Of a stretch of DNA of 64,000 nucleotides, positions 48,552 to 58,903 are shown one piece after another; position 1 is the stretch's first letter, and each line of letters starts with the position of its first letter. The DNA comes from Candidatus Latescibacterota bacterium. Lineage in GTDB: Bacteria; Latescibacterota; UBA2968; GCA-2709665. The notes beneath the pieces were generated by a model. The model did no database searches. It was not told the DNA's origin and saw only the letters and a program-made list of their open reading frames with translations. The stretch lies in NCBI GenBank assembly GCA_965237675.1, contig OZ250150.1, positions 1,888,001-1,952,000 of the forward strand, read 5' to 3'. The position numbers and the translations under genes are program-made.

Positions 48552-51500
48552 TTATTGGGAATTCATATCGTTCCTCAGGCCGTACCGGCTCATCATCTTT
48601 TGAAGCCCGTTTCTGCTCAGCCCCAGTTGACGGGCGGCGCGGGTGATATTGCCGCCGCACTGGTCGAGCGCTTCGACGATCATTCGCCTCTCAAGGGACG
48701 CTACACGAGCTTTAAAATAACTCCGTTCTCCGTACCCAAGTTGCCGGGGGAGCACGATCTTCTCCGAGAACAAATCGGCGGAGACCTCTTTGCCTTCCTC
48801 CACCAGGGCGACCGCCCGCCTGATCTCGTTCTCGAGTTCCCGTACGTTGCCGGGCCACCCGTGATCCATCAACGCCCGCATGGCAGCCACTGTAAAACCC
48901 GGAACCGCCTTCTTCTGATCCGCACACAGCCGCTTTAGAATGTGTTCACATAACAACGGAATGTCGTCAACGTGGCGGCGCAGCGGAGGCATTTCGATTT
49001 GCAACACCCGCAACCGGTAGTATAGATCCTCGCGAAACAAACCGTTGCGCACGTCCGCTTCCAGGTCGCGATTCGTCGCCGCGATCACACGCACGTCCAC
49101 GTTGCGCACATCCGCCTCGCCCACCCGCTGGATCTCGCCGTCCTGAAGCACGCGCAACAGGCTCGACTGCAAACGCGGCGAGGCATTGCCAACCTCGTCC
49201 AGGAAAACCGTGCCACCGTCAGCGGACAGGAACAAACCCTTTCGGTCGGATGACGCCCCGGTAAACGCGCCCTTCTTGTGGCCGAACAGTTCGCTCTGAA
49301 GCAATTCGTGGGTCATTGCGGCACAGTTGGCGGAAAGAAAGGGTTTCGTGTTGCGTTTGCTCCGAGTGTGGATGGCCCGTGCAGCCAGTTCCTTGCCCGT
49401 TCCCGTTTCACCCTGAATCAGCGCGGTCATGTCGCTTTCCGCCGCGACCTCGACCAGTTTGAACACATCCTGCATAACCCGGCTCTGACCTACCAATTCT
49501 CCCAAACGGTAACCGCCTTCGAATTCGTTCTGCAAAAAAAGCGCACGCTCCCGGACCTGAGAAAACATCCGGGCGTTGACAACCGCAATGGACACCAGGT
49601 TCCCAAATGCCGATAAAAGTGCCCTGTCTCTTTCGGTGAATAGGTCCTCGAGCTTTCTGTGGTCCATATAGAGCGCGCCGATAACGCCTGACTCCCCGTG
49701 CCGCAGAGGAACGCAGAGCACCGAACGGATGCCGTAAGCTGTAACACTCGCCCTTTGCCTGAAACGTTCGTCCACACGGGCGTCCAGGCTCAATACAGGC
49801 TTGTTTCGATCCATAGCCCACTTGATGACACCCTGGCTGATCTTCAGCGTCGCTATATCATCCAGATTGTGCTTGCGCGCCACCTCGACGTTTACGGCCG
49901 CCTCATCTCTGAGAGCAATCAGCACGCGTTCGGCCCGGCTCACCTTCTTCAGGCGATCCAGGATTCGATCCAGAAGCACGTTAAGGTCCAGGACCGACGT
50001 GATATCCTCTGAAACCTCGTAGAGCGTGAGTAGGTGCTCCTCGGAAAGCGCCGGAACCATCTCCTTTGCGGGCAACGTCATTGCAGCTTCCTCGGAAACC
50101 CTTTCCAGAAAACCCGCCGCCTTCTTTGCGTAATAGCGAAGGTTCAACTTTTCGGAGGCCGCCAGGGCGTTCTCAAGGTATAACCGGGCATCGGCAAGAC
50201 GCCCCCACTTCAAATAGTACTCACCCGCACCAACCAACAGATTTACCTGTTCAATACCGTCCGGCGAACCCTGAACTTGCATTGCATGATCGAATAGCGA
50301 ATCGACTTCGTCATACCGGCCCGCCGCAGCGAGCGATTTTGCTCGCGCGGTCCAGGCAATGGCGCGGATGTTCCCGCCGTATTCCACACCCGGCCAGGCC
50401 CGTTCGGCCCAGGCCAGCGCCTCGTCAGCACGGCCTTTCTCCGCCATCGTCTCGGCCAGCAAACCGTACGCCCTGTACATTTCATCCGGGTGCCCTCCAC
50501 CCGCCAGAAGCCGCTCGGCGGCGCGCGCGTGCACCTCCGCCCTGCCGACGTCTGCCTGTTCCAGGGCAATCCTGCCCAAATAGAGATGCGCAGCGGCCTC
50601 CGGACCCTTTGACCCGCACCTGGCCCGGAAGTCGCGAAGTTCCTCGAAGATTTCCTCCGCCCGATCAAATTCACCGAGGCGAATATCGACTCGCGCTAAC
50701 AGGTACAGACAGGAATACCGATAAACCCGGTCATCCTCCCGATCCAGCAGATCCGATGCAGATTCCAGGAGCGATTTCGCTCTGTCATTCCTATGTAAAA
50801 ACTGTGCCGAAAACGCGAGGAAAATCAAGGCGCGCGCCTCGTGGATTCCCCCACCCAATTCGCGGCACTTCTCAGCGGCTGAATGACAGGTTTCTACAGC
50901 CTCCTCTTTTTTTTCCAGGACAAATAAGGTATTCGACAATAATCCCAGAACCATCAATTCGTTCTCGTCGTCACCCAGATTCCGATACAGTTCCAGGGCT
51001 TCCGATAACACGGACTCGGCCTTCTGATAATCCCCTGAATGTGAGTAGTTTATTCCCAACATTCTCAAGGCGTACGCCTTCTGTGCGGGCGTCTCGTCGG
51101 ACACCCATTGCATGGCTCTATCCAACTCCAGCCGGGCTTCTTCATACCGGTCACATCCGGATAGCGCCTCGGCGTAGGCGCAGAGAAAATCCAGGTGCGC
51201 CACCGAACCCTGGGAGATATCCGCAGATGCATGGGGCGAGAACGCGCCTCTTTCAAGAACCGTCTCGAACTGCGCGAGTGCCTGAGAGAAATCGTGCATC
51301 CCCAGTGCCCGGCAACCCGCCGCCATCAGGTATCGCACGGATTTTTCCTGGTCGTTCGATCTTGAAAAATGATAGGCGAGGTCGTCCAGCACCTCCGCGC
51401 CGGTGGACTCGGACCGCGGCTCCAGGGCCCTGCCTGCCTCCAGGTGAAGCAACATACGTTTATTTGTGGAAATACCGTCATAAACCGCCCGTTGGATCAG

Positions 51501-53438
51501 TCCATGTGAAAATCGATACCGTCCCTCTCGGTCTTCCAGGTCTTTCAAAAGGCCCAGGCGGACATGCCCCTCCAGGGTCTCCAACAACTGCAGTTCATCC
51601 TCGCGCCAGACCTCTGAAATCAGGTCGAACGAAAACGCACCGCGAAAGATCGAGGCGTATTCCAGCGCCTGCCTCTGGGCCGACCGCAACCGTCCGAGTC
51701 GCGACTCTATGGCCTGCATAATGCCCGATGGCATCGGCCAATCAGAGGATACCGGCCACCTCCAGATGCCTGCCGAATCCTTCCAGATTGAGCCGTCCGC
51801 GATAGACCCACGGACCAGTTCTACAATAAACAGGGGATTTCCCCCTGTCTCCTCGTAGATCCTGCGGGCTTCGAGCCCGGGCACAGTTTGCTCGCCCAGC
51901 ATGGATGCAGCCAGATTCGTCGTTTCCTCAAAGGCCAGCGCGTCAAGTTGCAGGTGCGTAACGCCTGGTAGTTCTTCCCTGGGAAACACGGCTTCGATCC
52001 GGTCGGGCAGCGAGTCTTCGCCCTCCTTACGGCAGGCAAGGACAAGAACAAGGGGCATTGGATCCGGATCTCTCCTCATAAAGTCCAGGAACCGCAGGCT
52101 CAAGTCGTCGGCCCATTGTAAGTCTTCAATACAGACAAGGGTGGGCGTTTCCCGGCTCAGATCGCCCAGAAATTCCGACAGAATCTCCATGACCGGAAAA
52201 GGATCTGCCTGACCGGCGGCCGCCGGCCGTTCAATTTGCGCAAGAACCCGCACGACGGCTTCTCCAACGTCGGAATCCTGAATGCCCGGCTGTTCTGCCA
52301 TGTCGTGCAAGGCCTCCAGGAACGGACCGTATGCGCGTCCGCCCCCTTCATGGCAGCGCCCCGTCAGGATGCGCGTTCCGTGAACCCGAGCATCGGCCTG
52401 AAACTCATCCAGAACCTGGGATTTTCCGATTCCGGCCTCGCCGCTGACCAGGACCATGCGCCCCCTTCCCTCCTCGGATTCTTTCAATATCTCCCGAAGA
52501 GCCTTCATTTCACGGTCCCGACCCTGAAATTGGGGCTGCAGGATGGGAGCCCGCGGTATCGAAATAGGAGGGTCGCCGGTATCCTGGTCGAACGTCTCTT
52601 CCCCGCCTTCTGATAGATCTCGCAACAGGCTCTCCACCGAGCTATAGCGGTCAATCGGCTCCTTTTCCAGCAGTTTCATAACGACGTTTCCGATTCGGAT
52701 GGAAGTACCGCCGGCGTAAGCGCCCGGCGGCCGGGGCAGGTCTCTCAAATGCTGGAACATCACCGACGCCGGGTTTTCGCCCGTGAACGGCGGTTTCCCG
52801 GTGAGAATCTCGTACAGGATGACCCCCAGCGAATACAGGTCGGATCGCTGGTCCGTCCGCCGTGCGCGGATCTGTTCGGGGGACATGTACTCCACGGTCC
52901 CGGTCGGTCTACCCGGTGGCGTCACGCGTTGCTCCCGCGACTCCCGAAACCGAGCCAGGCCCAGGTCCAGAACCGTAACCTCGGGTTCGCCTTCAACCTC
53001 GGAAATCATAATATTGGAAGGCTTCAGGTCCCGGTGTACCACACCCTTTTCATGGATGTACGCCAGCCCCTCTCCGATCTGCCGGATGAGCGGAAGGAGC
53101 CACGCTGTTCTCAGCCTCTCACGGTCTCCCACGCTTGCGACCAAATCGGATAGTGGTCGACCTGAGATATAATCCATGGAAAAATACGGCTTCCCGGCAT
53201 ACAATCCCCACCTGTGGGAACGGACAATCCGCGGATGCCGGATTCTGGAGAGAATATTGAACTCCCTCAGGAACCGCCGTTGGGCCTCTTCCTCCACGAT
53301 ATTCAACATCTTCAGCGCCACCGTGGAATCATCCTTCACGTCCCTTGCACGGTATACGGTACCCAAACCGCCGGTTCCAACTGCGGCGAGAATCTCGTAA
53401 TACCCGTCGACAACCGTTCCGGCATCAAGTTCGGCCAT
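48552..53438 (-). CDS. Ser/Thr kinase - STAND ATPase - TPR - GAF - sigma54 activator - Fis HTH fusion
   Basis: [11 protein letters not shown] and YMSPE; GEAGIGKS and IEDLQWAD; TPRs; GAF (SVLCVPL..GALYMD); [23 protein letters not shown] and WPGNVREL; [11 protein letters not shown]. Confidence 0.95.
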   Translation of the reverse strand: MAELDAGTVVDGYYEILAAVGTGGLGTVYRARDVKDDSTVALKMLNIVEEEAQRRFLREFNILSRIRHPRIVRSHRWGLYAGKPYFSMDYISGRPLSDLVASVGDRERLRTAWLLPLIRQIGEGLAYIHEKGVVHRDLKPSNIMISEVEGEPEVTVLDLGLARFRESREQRVTPPGRPTGTVEYMSPEQIRARRTDQRSDLYSLGVILYEILTGKPPFTGENPASVMFQHLRDLPRPPGAYAGGTSIRIGNVVMKLLEKEPIDRYSSVESLLRDLSEGGEETFDQDTGDPPISIPRAPILQPQFQGRDREMKALREILKESEEGRGRMVLVSGEAGIGKSQVLDEFQADARVHGTRILTGRCHEGGGRAYGPFLEALHDMAEQPGIQDSDVGEAVVRVLAQIERPAAAGQADPFPVMEILSEFLGDLSRETPTLVCIEDLQWADDLSLRFLDFMRRDPDPMPLVLVLACRKEGEDSLPDRIEAVFPREELPGVTHLQLDALAFEETTNLAASMLGEQTVPGLEARRIYEETGGNPLFIVELVRGSIADGSIWKDSAGIWRWPVSSDWPMPSGIMQAIESRLGRLRSAQRQALEYASIFRGAFSFDLISEVWREDELQLLETLEGHVRLGLLKDLEDREGRYRFSHGLIQRAVYDGISTNKRMLLHLEAGRALEPRSESTGAEVLDDLAYHFSRSNDQEKSVRYLMAAGCRALGMHDFSQALAQFETVLERGAFSPHASADISQGSVAHLDFLCAYAEALSGCDRYEEARLELDRAMQWVSDETPAQKAYALRMLGINYSHSGDYQKAESVLSEALELYRNLGDDENELMVLGLLSNTLFVLEKKEEAVETCHSAAEKCRELGGGIHEARALIFLAFSAQFLHRNDRAKSLLESASDLLDREDDRVYRYSCLYLLARVDIRLGEFDRAEEIFEELRDFRARCGSKGPEAAAHLYLGRIALEQADVGRAEVHARAAERLLAGGGHPDEMYRAYGLLAETMAEKGRADEALAWAERAWPGVEYGGNIRAIAWTARAKSLAAAGRYDEVDSLFDHAMQVQGSPDGIEQVNLLVGAGEYYLKWGRLADARLYLENALAASEKLNLRYYAKKAAGFLERVSEEAAMTLPAKEMVPALSEEHLLTLYEVSEDITSVLDLNVLLDRILDRLKKVSRAERVLIALRDEAAVNVEVARKHNLDDIATLKISQGVIKWAMDRNKPVLSLDARVDERFRQRASVTAYGIRSVLCVPLRHGESGVIGALYMDHRKLEDLFTERDRALLSAFGNLVSIAVVNARMFSQVRERALFLQNEFEGGYRLGELVGQSRVMQDVFKLVEVAAESDMTALIQGETGTGKELAARAIHTRSKRNTKPFLSANCAAMTHELLQSELFGHKKGAFTGASSDRKGLFLSADGGTVFLDEVGNASPRLQSSLLRVLQDGEIQRVGEADVRNVDVRVIAATNRDLEADVRNGLFREDLYYRLRVLQIEMPPLRRHVDDIPLLCEHILKRLCADQKKAVPGFTVAAMRALMDHGWPGNVRELENEIRRAVALVEEGKEVSADLFSEKIVLPRQLGYGERSYFKARVASLERRMIVEALDQCGGNITRAARQLGLSRNGLQKMMSRYGLRNDMNSQ

Positions 53439-53561
53439 AGCCCACCCGAGGAGATGTTCCAGTCAAATAACCGCTCGTACATTCATGAAAGTATCGAAAA
53501 ACCAATCCTCGGCAAACAGATGTGCGGGGCTGTCGCATCTATCCGATGCCGAAGAAAAGCC

Positions 53562-55415
53562 CTACGGATAACGCCGATCCGCCGGTTTCACCCACCATTC
53601 CAGAAAGTCGGTCCATCCCGAGGGATACCAGTTCACCCCTCGAAACCGCCGGCTGTAGGCCGTCACCGAGCGCCCGACGAAAAGAAACGTATGCGGCTGT
53701 TCTTCATGCAGGATTTCCTGGAGCCTCCGGTAGAGTGAAATCCTTCGTTCCGCGTCAAACGTACGGCGATACCGTTCCAGTATCCGATCCGCTTCTTCGT
53801 TCTCAAAACAGGAAACATTCGCGCCTTCTTTGACTTCCGACGAATGCCAGCTTGAATAGAGATCCAGCGGCAGCGCCGGATGGCTTCCCACGCCGGTGAA
53901 CAACGCCGTGAAGTCACGCTTTCGCAGCCGCTGCAGGAAAATGGAACGATCTATTTCACGCACTCTGCAATCGATTCCCACGTCCGCCAGTTCATTCTGC
54001 AACACCAGGCCGATATCCTTGCTGAGTTGAGAACCGGCCGGCACCAGAAATTCAAACTCAAATGTAGTCTTGACGCTATCCACAACCCGATCCAGAACCC
54101 CGTCGCCGTCGGTATCCCGCCAGCCGGCCGCCTGCAGCAATTCCAACGCCCGATCGCGGTTGTATCGGAGAGGTTCCAGGCCTCCGTGATATTCCGGCCG
54201 GGACATATGCACCGGTCCGTCGATGGTAACGCCAAGTCCGTAGATCAGATTTCGAATGATGCTCCTGCGCGGCGTCAGATGCGTCATGGCCCTGCGGACC
54301 CGTTTATCGCGAAAAATGGGATGGGTATTGTTCCACGCGATAAAATTGATACCGCTTGCGTACCGAATCGCCTTCAGAAAGCGTGACGTGAATTCAGGTG
54401 ACCAGCTTTTCTCTTTAAATGGCAGGGGATACATGTTCAGAACGTCCAGGTTTCCGTTGTTCAGTTCGATAAACGCGGCATCCGGATTAACGACCACTTT
54501 GAAAATCAGTTTGTCCACGTACCCCGAAGGAGGAAGGTCCTTTTTGCCGCTTCCCCAATAGTTCGGATCACGATCCAAGACGGTCTTCCCTGTCGTCGCA
54601 TCGTTTTCAGCATCGGCCAGCACATAGGGGCCGGAACCCAGCACGCGCCGGCTGAAGTCCCGGTTGAACCGCTCCGCGAAAAGGCGCACCCGATCGGCCT
54701 GCGGACCCGCCTCCCACGAACCATTGATGAGATCCTCAACAGCCACGCGATCCATCAACCCGTCCGGGTCGTAGAAGTGTTTCGGCAAAATCCATCGCCG
54801 TCCGAGGTTGATCGCATTATAGAAATAGCGTTCGCCGTATACAAACGTGATTTTATACGGACCCTCCTGTCGGATTGCTTGAAGGTCCTTGAATCCGCTC
54901 CGCGTAAATCCCGATAGCTGAACCTCCGGATTCTTGATGACCTTAAAGGTGAACAATACATCGGCGGCGGTCAACGGCCTGCCGTCCGAAAAATGAATAT
55001 CTTCGCGAAGATCGAACGTATAGGAAAGCTTGTCCCGCGACACTGCCGGATACGCCCTCGCCAATCTTCCCTTGAATCTGTATGGCGGCGTCTTCTCCAT
55101 ATACAGAAGTGACTCGAACATGTTCTCCAGGATTCTGTGAGACGTGTAGTTCATTTTCCTGTAGGGGTTGAGCGATGCCGGTTCCGAAAAGGCATGCAGG
55201 ACCAACCAGTCTCCGAAGGCAGGGCGTTCCTTGCCTGTGTACCGTGCCGAAACCTTTTCGGTCCCGTCCAGAACCATCAGCCCCTGATCGTCTGCAAGGA
55301 TTTTTTCCACCTTTTCCCATATTTCATCGGCCCCGGCCTGTTCAATGCTCATGATCAAGCAAGGGAACAGGGCGAACATAAACACTCGTGCACATCCCGA
55401 TCTGTTACGGCTCAT
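53562..55415 (-). CDS. ABC transporter peptide-binding protein (SBP family 5)
   Basis: EPASLNP, YTFDLREDIHFSDGRPLTAADVLFTF, GSGPY and DKRVRRAM motifs; start uncertain. Confidence 0.92.
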   Translation of the reverse strand: MSRNRSGCARVFMFALFPCLIMSIEQAGADEIWEKVEKILADDQGLMVLDGTEKVSARYTGKERPAFGDWLVLHAFSEPASLNPYRKMNYTSHRILENMFESLLYMEKTPPYRFKGRLARAYPAVSRDKLSYTFDLREDIHFSDGRPLTAADVLFTFKVIKNPEVQLSGFTRSGFKDLQAIRQEGPYKITFVYGERYFYNAINLGRRWILPKHFYDPDGLMDRVAVEDLINGSWEAGPQADRVRLFAERFNRDFSRRVLGSGPYVLADAENDATTGKTVLDRDPNYWGSGKKDLPPSGYVDKLIFKVVVNPDAAFIELNNGNLDVLNMYPLPFKEKSWSPEFTSRFLKAIRYASGINFIAWNNTHPIFRDKRVRRAMTHLTPRRSIIRNLIYGLGVTIDGPVHMSRPEYHGGLEPLRYNRDRALELLQAAGWRDTDGDGVLDRVVDSVKTTFEFEFLVPAGSQLSKDIGLVLQNELADVGIDCRVREIDRSIFLQRLRKRDFTALFTGVGSHPALPLDLYSSWHSSEVKEGANVSCFENEEADRILERYRRTFDAERRISLYRRLQEILHEEQPHTFLFVGRSVTAYSRRFRGVNWYPSGWTDFLEWWVKPADRRYP

Positions 55416-55782
55416 TACTGTCTTCCAATTCCCATCATCGAGAATACGCTGCATTCGCGCGATCTTCATTCTTGATCGCGTCCAACGATCCGTTTATGGA
55501 TCGCTACGACCGTTCACAAAATCCGCAGAATACACATCGAGTGCCGCCTACCACCGAGTCCCTGCAGTTGGGTCATGGAATACCTCCTATTGCCAATTGG
55601 ACCGGGTGTTCCTGCGATCCCGTCCGAAGATGACAATGAACCGCTGAAGACTGAAGGCGGGGTATTACGGGAGGAGTTCCACGGCGTAACGTGGAATAAA
55701 TGTCTCACCAGTGGTTCTGGCGCCCTGGATGCGGTCTACCCGGTAGCTGCCGGCTAGTCGGAAAGTCCGGCAAGAGGGACTA

Positions 55783-57034
55783 GTGGTCGATTTCAGAAAT
55801 AGGTATAATGTTGTCTGGAACCGGGTGTGTGCTTATAATAAGGTTGTCTCCCCGACCGCGTTGGGAGGTAACCGATGCCTGGACCGAAGCCGAAGTATCA
55901 ACCCGAGTTTGAGACGGAGGAGATCGCAGAGGCTCGTAGGATTGCACGACAACGAACGGCACCCAGCTCCCATGTTCACCGGGCCAAGATGGTCGTGATC
56001 TTGTCGGAGCATCCGGACATCTCGCACGAGAGGCTGGCTCAAGCCGTTGGGGTGCACCCGAGAACGGTGATGAAATGGCGAAAGCGCTGGTCGGTTGAGG
56101 GTTTTTCACTGTTGGATCAGCCTCGTAGTGGAAGACCCCCGGTTTTTCCCCCCCGAAAGCGTCGCTGAAATTAAGGCCATCGCCTGCCAATTGCCAGCCG
56201 TGCGGGAGATCCCGCTTTCCCGCTTCAGCCTCGCAGAGATGCTTCGGGAAATCCGTTCGGAGTCCACCGTGTCGATCTCCAGGAGCACGCTGTGGCGTCT
56301 CCTCAAACAGGACGCCATTCGTCCCTGGTTTCACCGATCCTGGATCTCTGTCAAGGATCCGCGCTTTCTGGAAAAAGCGGGCCCCGTTTTGGATCTGTAT
56401 CAAGGTGATTATGAGGGCGTGCCACTGGGGCCCAAAGACTACGTCCTCAGTGCGGACGAGAAATCGCAGCTCCAGATCCTGGAGCGGGAGTTCCCGTGTT
56501 CACCGCCGGGACCGGGCAAACCCATTCACTGTGAGTCGGACTACAAGCGCCACGGGACCGTGGCCTACCTGGCCGCACTCGATATCAGAAGCGGAAAAAT
56601 CTTTGGTCGTGTGGATCAAACCACGGGGATCGAACCCTTTCAGGCTCTGGTCGACCTCGTGATGAAGCAGGAGCCGTATGCTTCGGCCGAACGCGTGTTC
56701 TGGATCCTCGACAATGGGGCTTCCCATCACCCGTCGACCTCCCCTGCGCGACTCCGGAAGGCTTACCCGAACCTGATCGCCATCCATCTTCCCGTCCACG
56801 CAAGCTGGCTCAACCAAATCGAGATCTACTTCTCTATCCTTCAAAGAAAGGCACTTACGCCCAACGACCTCGCAGACAGAAAGCAAATGGAAGACCGAAT
56901 CCTCGGTTTTGAGCGCCGCTACAACCAAACTTCCAGACCCTTCAACTGGCGATTCACCCGCAACGACCTCGAAGAAAGGCTCCGCGAACTCAAAATCGCC
57001 GCCTAACTTGATACTAACTTCTGAAATCGACCAC
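55783..57034 (+). mobile_element. IS630-family insertion sequence
   Basis: Perfect TIR GTGGTCGATTTCAGAA / TTCTGAAATCGACCAC with TA on both sides (55781-82, 57035-36). Confidence 0.95.
55875..57006 (+). CDS. IS630 transposase in two frames (HTH orfA 55875-56168, DDE orfB to 57006) joined at T5C7
   Basis: DQPRSGRP; ADEKSQLQ, ILDNGASH and SWLNQIE; TTTTTCCCCCCC at 56143-56154. Confidence 0.9.
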
Positions 57035-57037
57035 TAG

Positions 57038-58903
57038 CCCTTAAATAAGCGAGTATTGTTGTTTGCTGAACAGAAAGGCCAATTTGTGTTGCGGTTTGGT
57101 TGATAGAAGTATCGGTGCCGCCTAATGGGGTCGACGGGAGGTCGTTCTGCGGTTTGTTGCGTGTTTGTTTGAGTCGTAAAGCGACCCATTATTTGTGGGG
57201 TGGGCGTATTTGTCCGTTGCGTCGCGGTAGGCGTCGTGGGTCTGGTGGTCTATGGTCACGGTCCGTACCGGTGTCAGGTGAAGCCGGTGCGTTCGATGGT
57301 GGCCCAGGCGCTCAAGAGTCTATTCAGTGACGGCTGATAGCCGATGATGCGCACGGTGGTGCTTCGTGCGTGTCTCACGACACGACAGGGAAACAGGATG
57401 ATGTGTGAGAGGAAGGTCCGAAAGTCCATACGGATATAGTGTCGGCGATGGTTTTTTCGATGCATCATCAAGGCAAACCACGACTTGATGTTCCAGGCCA
57501 GCGCGGCGATGACCATGTAGGCCCAGTTGCTGATCAAGTCATACAAGGGCACGCGCAGGGCATTGACGCCGTTCTTGAGCTGTTCGATGACGTTTTCCTG
57601 GTCGCATCGTTTGTTGGCAGCAAAGACGACCTCGGCGGGGGTCAGGTCGTCGCGCGTGGTGATGTAGAAGAAATAGCGGATTTCGTCGAAGAGGGTCTGC
57701 TCACCTTTGGCCTTACTGATGTTTTTTCGCAGCGCCACAACGCGGTAGGACCGTTCGCACTTGCCGGGCTGATAGTCAAACTCAGCCACGTCTTCGAAGT
57801 TCAGCGCCAGCTTGAGGTAGCCCCGCGCCTTGACGATACGCTGCTTCTCATTGTCGCGCCGCCGCTTTTTCTGGGGTGCTACAGGTCGGTGCAGGCGCTG
57901 CCAGTTGGCTTCGTCAAGGGCCTCGGCGCGTGTTCGTAAGGCGTCATTGCAGTCCATCCCGAAGATGAAATCGACGTCCTTCGCCCAGCGATCGAGGTGA
58001 GCCGTAAGCGAAAAGTCCGTGTCGCCGCGTAGGCACACGCGCCCCGCGTGGGGCTTCACCACCCGGATGGACGCATCGATCCAGGGGGCGGCCCCCTGGT
58101 GAGAAGACGCGTTGCCCGGACGGTTGACGATATACAGCACCTCTTTGGTATTGGCCAACGATACGATCAGGGGCGCATACCCCCACACGCCCTTGTAGGA
58201 GATGTCCATGCCGCCCTTCTTCTCCCCATACGTCGGGGCGCTTGTGCCATCCACGTCGATGTACGCCACCGGAGAAAGCAAACTGGCAGCCCGCGTGCGC
58301 CACAACTTAGACCGTACCGCGTTAATGCAGTCCATCAGCCCGATCACGTCCGCTTCCGTGAAGCGACGCGTAAAGTCGCCCGCAGTCGTCGGGTCCGGGA
58401 TCAGCTTCGCGCTCAAGGCATTCATGTAGGCCCCGTCATGCCGCAAACGCTCGATGTCTTCCAGACGCGTGCCGCCGCACATCACGTTGTAGGCAAGGTT
58501 CAACACGTGATCCGACTCATGATACGGCAGATGCACCTTCAGCAACTTCAACGTCGCGTCGATGCCTTCGACCAAGCCCAACTTCGTCACCAGACGATGC
58601 ACGGCCGCTATGCCACCGTAACTCATCCCTTCCGGCTGGGCGCTGACCTCGTAATGCACATAGGTGCTGCCAAACATTGGCTTGCCTTGCGCACAAAAAC
58701 GACCGCCAAGCTGATGCCGAGCACGTACCTTGCGCCCACAATTAACACTGTTCCTGCGGCTTTCTTTTACCGATATTCTTTTCACCGGAAAGGCCTCCTT
58801 CGTTGGAGTAGCAATTTCTCGTCGGATACTGCTATCTTCAACAAAGATAAGTCTTTCCGGTACTTTTGTACATAAAAATCTCAAAAAACCCGCTTAATTA
58901 GAG
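57038..58903 (-). mobile_element. IS1380-family insertion sequence
   Basis: Imperfect TIRs CCCTTAAATAAGCG / CGCTTAATTAGAG; ACTAG target duplication, left copy split by IS630. Confidence 0.85.
57274..58785 (-). CDS. IS1380-family DDE transposase
   Basis: IPDPTTAGDF, YIDVDGT, GYAPL, LRGDTDF and RCDQENVIEQLK motifs; start uncertain. Confidence 0.9.
   Translation of the reverse strand: MKRISVKESRRNSVNCGRKVRARHQLGGRFCAQGKPMFGSTYVHYEVSAQPEGMSYGGIAAVHRLVTKLGLVEGIDATLKLLKVHLPYHESDHVLNLAYNVMCGGTRLEDIERLRHDGAYMNALSAKLIPDPTTAGDFTRRFTEADVIGLMDCINAVRSKLWRTRAASLLSPVAYIDVDGTSAPTYGEKKGGMDISYKGVWGYAPLIVSLANTKEVLYIVNRPGNASSHQGAAPWIDASIRVVKPHAGRVCLRGDTDFSLTAHLDRWAKDVDFIFGMDCNDALRTRAEALDEANWQRLHRPVAPQKKRRRDNEKQRIVKARGYLKLALNFEDVAEFDYQPGKCERSYRVVALRKNISKAKGEQTLFDEIRYFFYITTRDDLTPAEVVFAANKRCDQENVIEQLKNGVNALRVPLYDLISNWAYMVIAALAWNIKSWFALMMHRKNHRRHYIRMDFRTFLSHIILFPCRVVRHARSTTVRIIGYQPSLNRLLSAWATIERTGFT

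Noticed and set aside
55677-55696. Palindrome TTCCACG-GCGTAA-CGTGGAA upstream of the SBP gene
   Set aside because: Single occurrence; cannot distinguish operator, terminator or chance
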